Assembly: GCA_020891255.1 (NCBI GenBank)
Contig: BQFW01000003.1
Coordinates: forward strand, 1-64,000
Length of the DNA: 64,000 bases
Direction of reading: 5' to 3'
DNA from: Entomortierella parvispora E1425
Taxonomy: Eukaryota; Fungi; Mortierellomycota
Numbering within the stretch: position 1 is the first letter of the stretch; each line of letters opens with the position of its first letter. The position numbers were made by a program, and so were the translations under genes. The notes under the pieces were generated by a model, which saw nothing but the letters and a program-made list of their open reading frames with translations, had not been told where the DNA came from and made no database searches. Positions 1 to 10,071 of the stretch are shown here, one piece after another.

Positions 1-12
1 GCCAAGGCTCAG

Positions 13-763
13 ATGACACACATTGTCAAGTCCATGAAGCCTCCAAGACCTTTCAGAGCACGCAAAACTGCTGCCGAGGCCGCAAGACCAACGATTGCTC
101 CTGTCCGAGTATATTTTTCTGGTGTTCAGTCCGGGCCTCTCAAGGTTTTCAAGGCAAAGTTGCGTGGTTTGAGAATTTGTACCTCACTGATTTACAACAT
201 CTCATTTGTTGGGAAGTCTATGTGCGAATTTTTGGTCGATGCTGCCTACCGAGCCAAGTTCATTGAGTCTATGAAAAGCTTCACTTTCAGACACTTGCCC
301 AACTATGACCCAGCCGTTCCTCAAGATCCCAATGTCACTGAAGAGACTGCAGAGCTTCTGAGAGGGGCGTACATTCGCCGCCTTGAAACAACGGCTTCAA
401 CGACCAACCGCGATTTCGTGCGAGATGATTTCCTGAGCATGCTTGCTGCAGCAGATCCCACAGCTCCCACATCTGCCACAGATCTCCCTGATCTCTCTGG
501 ACCGATGGACACTGGCACTGTTGCCGCGACGGCCTCTGCTTCTTCCGGGCTGGTGGAAACTGATATCCCTCTGACTGGTGCTGCTTCTGAAGCCGCCTCT
601 GCTGCAATGGATATTGATCCCCCTGGCTGCTACTGCAACCGCCTCTGATTCTGAGCTAGTTGACACTCATACGCATCCCGCTGCCGAAGACACAGCTGGT
701 GCCAGTGCTGACGCTCTAAGCGCTAATGAGGAACCCACACGCCCCGCTTCCTCTCATGAATAA
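13..763 (+). CDS. LINE ORF1 (putative nucleic-acid-binding protein), one frameshift near 600-650
   Basis: ORF 13-648 continues in another frame (..ATASDSELVD..PASSHE*) to TAA 761-763, overlapping the ORF2 ATG at 756. It lies directly upstream of the APE domain. Confidence 0.7.
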
Positions 764-3700
764 TCAGGTCCTCCGTACTGGTTACTTGAACTGCCGCGGT
801 CTTCAGGCAGGTTCATTTGACAGAATCGTTTCTTTCGTTTCGGCCCATCCCCCCCCCTTCGATATCATCTTCTTATCAGAGACATGGTATATCTGCCCTG
901 ACTATTACAGTCGCCATCCTCTCTTCCTTTGTTCTACGCCCATACCTGGAAGTCGACCAGTTAATGGCCGGCTTTATGGTGGTATCATCTGTGTTGTCTC
1001 CCACCAACTCAAGCGATCACACTGCACCTTTTCAGTCACTCGGCACTCAATTGACGTGTCCATCTTTGGCACCAACATCCGCGCCTTATATCTTCCTCCT
1101 TCTCTCAAGAACCCCAGCTTCCGTTCAGCTTTTGTTCGGATCCCGTCGCCCACCTTTCTTCGAGATCTCGTCCAGATATTCTTCTCGGAGACATCAACAC
1201 CAAGCTAGGAGAACCAAACCTTCCCCTATCGGTGAACGTGTCACCATAGTTCAGGAGCTGGTCCATCATTACCATTACAACCGAGTTTTCCCTCTTCTGT
1301 CTACGCCAAGAACCATCATGTATTGGCTCGCTTTCACCCAGACTTCTCTTGGAGGTATGAACGGGTTGACCCTCAGTATGGACAGATACGGACCACAGTC
1401 TCATGTCTTGCAAGTTCACGCCTCGTGATATACATGATACTGGCACTACCGACGAGTGTTACCGTATCAGTCTGAAGTACTTGGAACTAAAAGCAGTTCG
1501 TTCTCTGCTGTGGTTACTACATGGAACTGGCCAACCAATTCGACAAGTTTATCATGGACACTGTATCGCGCGTACGGCGACTCTCTGACGCGCGTTCTTT
1601 GGATGGAGTTTCTCCAAGACAGACAAGCAGTGGTGGATCATCTTGACGATTGTCTTTCTTCAGCTATCTTGACAGCGGCTGAAGAAGCATGCGGCTCTTA
1701 TGTCCCCAGCGTCATTCGTACTACTCCAGACAAGCTCTCTGATTCTTTGTCTTCGGTCCCGAAGATGAATGACGCCATCCGTATCTTCAAACGAGCGTGT
1801 CGCAGCCAGGTGGTGGCTCTGAAATCTCGGGACCCTACCATCTCTCCAGTGGCAGATGTTGTCTCGCACTACAGGTCTGTTTTCACTCAGCCCGATCCAC
1901 GATTCCTACCTGCGGCTCGATCCCCTTACCGTGGCATCTCCTTTGAGCCTGATCCTGGCTTGGACGATATGTTTACGAAGGATAACATGCAAGCAATCTG
2001 GAAGAAATACCCGACCAACGCCTCTGGTGGAGAGGATGGGATCCATGTCCAACTCCTACGAGCACTTCAAGGCACCGAGCTTCCAGAACACATTGCTGGC
2101 CTTTTCAGGATTTGCTGTTTGCTCGGTGTCACGCCATCATCATGGAATGTCTCCGTAATCAATCCTATTCCGAAGACAGAGGGTGCTACGACCATTGACA
2201 AATTCCGGCCAATTTCCCTTACATTGATGATTCGGCGGACCTTCGAAAAGTTCTTTTGGGACATCTTTTGGAGTCTGATGCCTCCAAGCTTCATCACACT
2301 CAAGCTGGCTTCCGTAACGGATTTTCAACTTTGACTCATGCATTGGTTGCTGACGACTGTGCTATCCGCGGACAAAAGTATCGTGTCTTTTACGATTTTG
2401 CCCAAGCATATGATACAGTCCCAGTGCCTCTGCTACTTTCAAAGATGAAAACCCGAGGAGCATCCGCTCAGATTTTGTCGCTCGTAGACGCCCTCTTTGT
2501 CGGCACATCTACTAAGGTTATCGTCAATGGGAGGCAGACAGAGTCTATTCCCTGAGCCGAGGCCTGCTCCAAGGCTCCATCTTGTCTCCTCTATTGTTTG
2601 ACATCTTTATCGACGACCTGGCTCACAAGCTTAACAAGGATACTCCGGACCCGAAGAAAATACCGCGAGCGCTGTTGTACGCCGACGATATAACAGCTGG
2701 ATCCCATGCACTGCACCACTTGCAAGTTACTTCCAATGACTTGGTCGACTGGTGCCACGAGAACGGTATGACGATCAATCTCGCTAAATGCGGGGTGGTT
2801 GGTCTGACCCATGGTGATCGTGACTTGGTCCTTCGCGGTATTGGCCCAATCCCTCGGGTTGAATGCTACAACTACCTTGGATTCCCATACAAATCCAGAG
2901 GGATCGACTGGGCTGAACACTTGAAATCCATGGCTTTAAAAGCATCAAAGACTCTGAAGTTCTGCGAAGCCAGGGGTAATTCCAAGTGGTCTGCAGGTCT
3001 ACGGCTAGCTTTGTATCGCGCGTTTGTCCGCTCTAGAATGGAATATGGTGCAGGCATCATGTACCACTGGATCCAGAATGACAGCAAGTCTAGGACAGAG
3101 CACTTGAAGGCTATAGCGACAGTCCAAGACGCGGCCCTGAAATGGATTTTGGAGTTCAAGGACCCTACAAAGGTTACTCACTCATTTCTTGCCTTGCCAA
3201 CTATCTACGTGCGATTCTCCGACTTGGCCTGCCTCCTTACGGACCACTTTATTGGAATGGATGGGAACAACCCAGCAAGAACCCTCCGTGATGTCCTCTT
3301 CGGCAATGTTGGCCGAAATAAGGACCGGATTCTTCCAAAGTGCCACAAGCACCCGGACCGCCTGTTGCATCAAAAATTATCTGGCAAGACTTAGAAGAGA
3401 AGAAAAAGTCGATTCATTGAAGGTCTGGCTGCGGAAGAGGTTCCTTGACGAGTGCTTCCGGACGCTGCGGCTTTGCAAGTATTTCGAGCCTCAGATGCGC
3501 ACGAGAGGTATAGGCCTGTTACCGCCATCTACTTCAAGTCACTCCGCCTACGCAAGAACGCAATTGCTTGGCACCTGAACAAATTCGCTTGTGGAGCGCG
3601 CTGTTCGGAATGCAACAACATTTTTCATCAAACCCATGTTGTCGATTGCGGCTGGCAAGAAAAGCTCCTTGATCGTGCCCCTCCGAAAGTTGTTGCCACC

Positions 3701-3846
3701 TTCTTGGCTCTGCCCCGCTTGCACCAAACAAGTGTCGTCCCAACTTCGTCGACTTCCTCCTCAAGGAGAGGCACCTTGCCTCCTTGGCCGAGGCATTTGG
3801 CTGGTTGGAATTCTGGATGCGTCCTCGGGAAAACTACGATGTATAG
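756..3846 (+). pseudogene. LINE ORF2 (AP endonuclease + reverse transcriptase + C-terminal CCHC), frameshifted as assembled
   Basis: Starts MNNQVLRTGYLNCRGL at 756. Motifs continue across frame changes (e.g. ~1150, ~2255, ~2553, ~3390, ~3510, ~3715). Ends ..NFVDFLLKERHLASLAEAFGWLEFWMRPRENYDV* at TAG 3844-3846. Confidence 0.88.
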
Positions 3847-6800
3847 TCTTGGATGTTGTCTGTCAGTCAGTCAGTCTTTTTTTTTTTTTTTTTTTTTTTT
3901 TTGTTCGTGCTCCCTCGCGCCAGAAAAAAAATAAAATAAAAAAATTGACTACAATTGCTGCCACCCTGCTCAGATCGTTGCTGCCCCATGTCTTCTCTCC
4001 TAGTAAGTGTTGATCATTACGAAAGAAGATATCTCATTCTAACGACCTCCATGGTCTTTATTGTCCATATTGTCCAGCAATTAGTCCATCCAGTTGATGA
4101 CATCTGCTCCTTTTGCCCGTGTCCTCACACTTCTCGTATTCGCTCCCTTGGTAAGCATCTGCTCTTCACGCCTACAATACCCCTTTCAATGGAAGAGAGA
4201 TAGAAAGAAAGAGCAATCGTTCTAACCATTTCAACTGCTTTGTCCATAGAGTTAAGAATGTCAATGGTATATATCTCCTCGGTCCTTTGAATCCTTGCTG
4301 TCAATTCAAGCGGCTGTCTCCTTTTCGCCTACTCTGCTCCCTGCTTCCGTGGCGGCGCCTTGCGGCCTTGACATGATCTGAACTGACAGGGGTTCTGGGG
4401 GTCGAGACTGGGCCTCTTTTTTTTATGCTCCAAAAAAACATTCAGCTTCCAAGCTGCAGATGGCGGCTGTTCCTGCCCGGTTGTTATATCTGCTCTAGTT
4501 TCAGTAAGTGCAGCCTACAATTCATACATTCGATGTTCCCTACTGAGGAAGATAAACGGAGAAAGTATTTCAACTGACGGCTTTAGTTGATTTTATATCC
4601 TACGTAGTCTGACCCAGCGTCTGGTCTTCGGTCCTCCATTCAGGTGAGATGTTTCCATTCTTCCGCCTCTTCCTTGCAGACCGTTGCCACATTGTCATTG
4701 TGATTGCTCCTACCATGTCAAAGGCGCCCTTTTCTGGTCTTTCTCTCCGGACTTCCATCCTGGCCAATTGGTCTTTTTCAGCCCACTCATACCTGCTTAC
4801 TCCTCTTGTAGCGGCAACTTGCGGTCTTGACTCAACTTTACGGTTTCCTGGGAGTAGACGTCGTAATTTCATCATGGCATGGACCACAGGAGCTTTGTTA
4901 CATGGTTTGGACACATCCTTTCTGTCTTGCTTCCATGTCTATTCCCTGCGGTGAGTGAAGTTGGCTTGTATGGAAGAGAGATAAAGAAAACTTATTCTAA
5001 CGCCCCTCTTGTTTCATCGTCCATGTAGTCGGGCATGTTGACAGCGTCTGCTCGCCTCGGCTCTAGCCAGTTCCATGTTCCTTGCGATCATTGCCCTAAG
5101 TTTTTGACTGACCGGAACTCTGGATCGGGCGCTGGTTCTTTTTGATGGCGAGGTCCGTCTCCGCTCAAAAAAGAAAGGAGGGGCAGCCGTCACAGTTCTG
5201 TTGTCCCATGTCTGGTCCGGTCCATGTCTTCCGCTGAATCGTTGAATACCAACTTTATGCTGGCCAGAAATCCCTCCTGCCCCTGTCGGGTCGGGGCACC
5301 AAGGGGATGAAACCACATTCACGATTCGCATGCGTGAGTCCTGGATCTGCTAAGGTCTGCCCTCGTTGTCGTCTATGGCTGCTTCCTGGAGTCCTTCAGT
5401 CGAATGCCTATCGTTGCCTGTCGACTCCATGCTGGCTCTTTCAATCAAGCTGTTGCATGTGTCATTACATGTCATCTCCAAGCCGCTCTTTCGATGAGGT
5501 TGATCTGCCCACCTTTGAAGAACCTCTCCTACTACCTCCGAGGACTGGGTGTTCAAAGGCTGAACCCAAAGCCCGCCCATATGGGTCTTGAGTTTTTGGC
5601 ATGAAAGACTGGCATTGTTCCTGCTGCTCCGCGGTCTCGACTCAAGTTTCTGGTTTTCTGAAGCGCTGGGAGCTACATCTTGGGTCTGTTTCGTGAACCA
5701 TATTCGCAAAAAAGAAACAAACTGGCTGTATCCTGCCGTTCCTACCGTTCCTGCAGTCCTGGAAGTTGCATCCGTTCGTATGGTAAGTTTTTTGGGGCGT
5801 GTCGTTGAAAAGAGACAAAGACGGATGGGCAGCTCCAACGAGGACGAGAATCGAGTACGAGATGGTTGACGCACGTGATGTGCCTTTTTTTCGTTTTTTT
5901 TTTTTTTTTTTTTTTGTCCGCAGCCAAGCATGTTCAGGAAGACAGGGTATCCTCAGCCTCAGACCTCACAGCACTGGTCTAGTCGACAGGAGTTCGGAGG
6001 AGGGGTCCTTGATTGTGTGGTTCGTTGCCCGCTTAGAAAAAAAGAGTTCCTGGCCTGCTTTGTTGCAAATCCCACTTGTTCAATCCGCTTCTATGGTAAG
6101 TGTTGTTCCTCACGCGTTTGAAAGCCTCTCGTGCAAAAAGACAAATGGAGGGACAATCGTTCTAACCCTTCCCATGTTGTCGATATAATCAGGCAGGCTA
6201 CTTATCTTTGTTCACACCGCCGTTTTATTCGCTCCTTTGGTAAGTGTCTGCCACGCCTGTGATACTGTGATATCCCTTTCGAGGGATAGAAAAAAAAAAA
6301 GCAATCGTTCTAACGACTTTAGCTGATTTTATTGTCGATATAGTCAAGAGCGTCAACGGTATCCATTCTCCTCGATCCTTGAGCTCCTTGCCGTCAATCC
6401 AAGTGGGCTGATTCTTTTCGCCTACTACGATTCCTGCTTTAGAGACGGCGCCTAGTGGCTTTTGCATGAGTCCTAGACAAACTCGCACACTTGACTAGGT
6501 GTGGTCTGATTCCACGCAAAATAGCAAGAGGAGAGGGCCGTTGCTGGGTCGTCGTCGATAAGTTCGTTCCAGTATTCCTTGGGGTCGAGCCGTTGAATAT
6601 TGCCTCCGTGATGATTTCTCAGTCAAGTTTATCACCCTCATCGATACCAAGGCGATGAAGGGTGAATCCATCACCCAATCGGTACTCAAGAATCCTGGAT
6701 CTCCGTTGAGAATTGCTACCGTTGTCGCCTGTGGCCGCTTCCTGGAGTCTTTCGGTCGAACTGATGCCTGTCGTTACCTGTCAACCACATGTTGGCCCAC

Positions 6801-7639
6801 TCAGTCACATTGTTGCCTGTCGCTGCCTGTCAACTCCATGCTGGTCTGCTTAGTCAAGTTGTTGCCAGGCGTTGCTTGTCGACTCCTGCCTGGTCTATTC
6901 AGTCAAGTTGCTGCATGTGACATTACATGTCATCATCATGCTGTCCATCCAGCCAAGCTGGATTGCCCTCCTTTGACCCTCCGCTCCTGCTCCTTCCGAG
7001 GACCGGATGTCAGAAGGATGAGCCCATAACCTGCACCTGTGGGTCTTGAGGTTTTGCATGAAAACCTGCGTTGTCCTGCTTCTGCACGGTCTCGATTCAA
7101 GTTTCTGGTTTTCTAAAACGCCGGAGCCATGCCTCGAGTCTAGTACTTTTTGTTGCATGGGTCCACATTCGCACAGAAGACATAGACTGGTTGCACCCTG
7201 CTGTCCTTGCTGTCCTGGATGTTGCATCCGTTCGTACGGTAAGTTTGAGAAGAGTATCTTTTGAAGAACGGGGAAAGAGTGATTTCTCAGAGCCGCAAAG
7301 GCAAAATGAAAGAAAATTGCGACAAGCCACGGACAGCGGAAAGGGAAAAAAAAGAAATGCATTCTAACGTGGTCTCTTCTTGCTGTTGCCAACCTAGCCA
7401 AGCATGTTCAGGCCAGCATGTCTCTTTTGGCTTGCGGACAAGGGTTTCCGTTTCCTTCTCCAGTGACCTTGACCTAGGTTCTGACTCGACTGAAGTTTCG
7501 AATCAGGTCGAGGTCGGGGGGTTTTTTTCTGGTTGTGTGGTCCGTCTGACGCTTTGCAAAATGAAACGACTTTCTGCACTGCCCGCTCCTCTGGTAAGCA
7601 AGGCGACTCTTCACGCGTCTGAAATCCCTCCCAAGGAAA

Positions 7640-7700
7640 GAAGAGAGAGAGAGAGAGGAGAGAGAGAGAAAGAGAGAGGAGAGAGAGAGAGAGAGAGGAG
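7640..7700. repeat. (GA)n microsatellite inside the intron module at 7594-7756
   Basis: Near-perfect GAGAGA run visible in sequence. Confidence 0.9.
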
Positions 7701-7767
7701 GAAGAGAAAAAAGAAACGCTCATTCTGACGTTCTCTTCGTTTTATTGTCTACGCAGTTAGGAAGTCA

Positions 7768-7985
7768 ACAGCGTCCTCTTCCTGGTCCTGGTCCTCTTCC
7801 TGGTCCTGGCCCTCTTCCTGGTCCTGGTCCTCTTCCTGTCCTCTTCCTGGTCCTGGCCTCTTCCTGGTCCTGGCCTCTTCCTGGTCCTGGCCTCTTCCTG
7901 GTCCTGGCCTCTTCCTGGTCCTGGCCTCTTCCTGGTCCTGGCCTCTTCCTGGTCCTGGCCCTCTTCCTGGTCCTGGTCCTCCTCT
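7768..7985. repeat. 17/18-bp minisatellite (TCTTCCTGGTCCTGGCC[C]), about 12 imperfect copies
   Basis: Direct inspection; same unit as 9285-9660. Confidence 0.9.
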
Positions 7986-8599
7986 TGGCTCATTATTCTG
8001 GCCAAACCCTCTATGGCCGGATCTAGCAATCGAAGGACTTTTCTGTCCGCTTCTGCCATGCCGTTCTGTCAGGCTGTGTCTGCCTCCGACCTGCTGCGGC
8101 CCTGATTTTTTTTTTTTTGGTTGCGGAGCCAAAAAAAAAAAAAGCTTCACCCCAGGCGTGTCGTTCTGTCCGCTCCTGCAGTAGGTGTTGCTCCTCAAGC
8201 GCTTGATGTTCCTTCTTGGAAAAAGAATCCATGCTGATGTCCTCTTGGTTTTTGTCCATATAGACCTAGCGCCTGCCCGCGCTTGCTTCAGTGGTATTTT
8301 GGTTGGGCCCCTTGCTTCCTTTGGTCCTTCAGTCGAGCAGATCTCCTCTGGTGGGTCTCCCCAGATTGTCCATTGTGGGCCTTGGGTCTTTGGGTCTGTC
8401 TGGTCCAGTTGTCGCTAGGGGCGCTCTCTGTGCTCCATCATTCAAGCCCATCGCCTGTCACCAATCTCCTTAGCCAGAGGGCACTTGCCCATCTCCCCCA
8501 CATGTGGGGGGATGGAGGCTGAGACTATGTGAGCTGGGACTAGGGCACCAGGACCGACTCTGTTGGCTTTTGCCCTGTGGCTACTTCCTGGAGTCTTTC

Positions 8600-8890
8600 G
8601 GTCGAACCGTTGCCTGTCTTGCCTGTCGACTCCATGCTCCTGGCCCATTCAGTCAAGTTGCTGCCTGTCGACTCCATGCCTGGCCCATTCAGTCAAGTTG
8701 CTGCCTGTCGTTGCCTGTCGACTCCATGCCTGGCCAATTCAGTCAAGTTGCTGCCTGTCGTTGCCTGTCAACTCCATGCTTGGCCCACTCAGTCAAGTTG
8801 CTGCCTGTCGTTGCCTGTCAACTCCATGCTTGGCCCACTCAGTCAAGTTGCTGCCTGTCGTTGCCTGTCGTTGCCTGCCGACTCAATGCC
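8600..8890. repeat. Tandem repeat of 40/50-bp units built from a 10-bp subunit (TTGCCTGTCG); diverged homologues at ~5410-5450 and ~6770-6910
   Basis: TTGCCTGTCAACTCCATGCTTGGCCCACTCAGTCAAGTTGCTGCCTGTCG recurs at 8761 and 8811. Confidence 0.85.
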
Positions 8891-8934
8891 TGTTGCATGT
8901 GACATTACATGCCATCATGAAGTTTCTGATTTCT

Positions 8935-9221
8935 GAAACGCCGGAGCCATGCCTCGAGTCTAGTACTTTTTGTTGCATGGGTCCACATTCGCACAGAAGA
9001 CATAGACTGGTTGCACCCTGCTGTCCTTGCTGTCCTGGATGTTGCATCCGTTCGTACGGTAAGTTTGAGAAGAGTATCTTTTGAAGAACGGGGAAAGAGT
9101 GATTTCTCAGAGCCGCAAAGGCAAAAAGAAAGAAAAGTGCTGCGAAAAGTCACGGACAGCGGAAAGGGAAAAAAAACGAAATGCATTCTAACGTGGTCTC
9201 TTCTTGCTGTTGCCAACCTAG
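8935..9221. repeat. Near-identical segmental duplicate of ~7115-7397 (includes an intron module)
   Basis: Shared ACGCCGGAGCCATGCCTCGAGTCTAGTACTTTTTG...GTAAGTTTGAGAAGAG...CATTCTAACGTGGTCTCTTCTTGCTGTTGCCAACCTAG. Confidence 0.9.
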
Positions 9222-9284
9222 CCAGTGACCTTGACCTTGGTTCTGAGTCGACTGAAGTTTCGGATCAGGTCGAGGTCGGGGTTT

Positions 9285-9660
9285 TCTTCTTGGTCCTGGC
9301 CCTCTTCCTGGTCCTGGCCCTCTTCCTGGTCCTGGCCCTCTTCCTGGTCCTGGCCCTCTTCCTGGTCCTGGCCCTCTTCCTGGTCCTGGCCCTCTTCCTG
9401 GTCCTGGCCCTCTTCCTGGTCCTGGCCCTCTTCCTGGTCCTGGCCCTCTTCCTGGTCCTGGCCCTCTTCCTAGTCCTGGCCCTCTTCCTGGTCCTGGCCC
9501 TCTTCCTAGTCCTGGCCCTCTTCTTGGTCCTGGCCCTCTTCCTGGTCCTGGCCCTCTTCCTGGTCCTGGCCCTCTTCCTGGTCCTGGCCCTCTTCTTGGT
9601 CCTGGCCCTCTTCCTAGTCCTGGCCCTCTTCTTGGTCCTGGCTCTTCCTAGCCCTGGTCC
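9285..9660. repeat. 18-bp minisatellite (TCTTCCTGGTCCTGGCCC), about 20 copies
   Basis: Direct inspection. Frames read LALFLV, SWSWPS or PGPGPL on + and EEGQDQ, RKRART or GRGPGP on -. Confidence 0.95.
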
Positions 9661-10071
9661 TCCTCTTGGCTCATTATTCTTGGCCAAACCCTCCTGACTG
9701 GATCTGACAATGGACGGACTTTTCGCTTCCCTGCATAGTTGCTATTCACTTCTGTCCTGCGGGCTTGATCTTTTTTTTTTTTTTGGCGGAAACAAAAAAA
9801 AAGCTTCACTCCAGCGTGTTGTTCTGTCCACTTCTGCAGTAGGTGTTGCTTCTCAAGCGCTTGGTGTTGCTCTCTTCTTGGAAAAAGAATCCATGCTGAT
9901 GTCCTTTTTGTTTTCTTGTTCACATAGACCACAGCCAGCCGGGCTTCTCGCTTCAGTGGTCTTTTTGGTTGGGCCTTCTCTCCCTTTGGAGACTGAGCTA
10001 GGAGGTCGATCTTGGTCTTTGCCTCTATTTGCTCTAGTTGTCACTGGTTGGCGCTCCATTCAATTATGACC

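Larger units (their letters stand above)
1..3876 (+). mobile_element. Non-LTR retrotransposon (LINE) with ORF1 and APE-RT ORF2; 5' end lies outside or at the window edge; reading frames broken by frameshifts
   Basis: APE motifs LNCRGL, LSETW, YLPP, GDIN and TDH in shifting frames. RT motifs FRPISL, QAGFR, YDFAQAYDTV, GLLQGSILSPLLF, LLYADD and YNYLG. C-terminal CSEC-x7-H-x3-C knuckle. Short 3' UTR ending in (GTCA)3 at ~3862-3876. Confidence 0.93.
3945..10060 (+). other. Degenerate array of 12 homologous spliceosomal-intron modules separated by variable spacers (pseudogene remnant or spliced non-coding locus)
   Basis: GT(A/G)(A/G)G...branch...YAG units at 4003-4077, 4151-4249, 4504-4607, 4951-5028, 5783-5923, 6096-6192, 6240-6343, 7239-7397, 7594-7756, 8181-8263, 9059-9221 and 9839-9927. 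They share internal and flanking sequence. No long + strand ORF was found at the junctions I spliced by hand. Confidence 0.7.

Noticed and set aside
4078-4260. Ankyrin-like peptide on the - strand (..ILNKGAN..KGADVIN..)
   Set aside because: Too short, no TPLH-type motif, and stops nearby; likely chance.
9011-9697. 228-aa hydrophobic ORF (LALFLV)n as a membrane protein
   Set aside because: It is a by-product of the 18-bp minisatellite and runs through an intron module.
4003-9927. Intron array as a CRISPR array or a snoRNA host gene
   Set aside because: The units are long, diverged and carry splice signals; no Cas genes are present and the context is eukaryotic. I saw no paired C/D (RTGATGA/CTGA) or H/ACA boxes in the introns.
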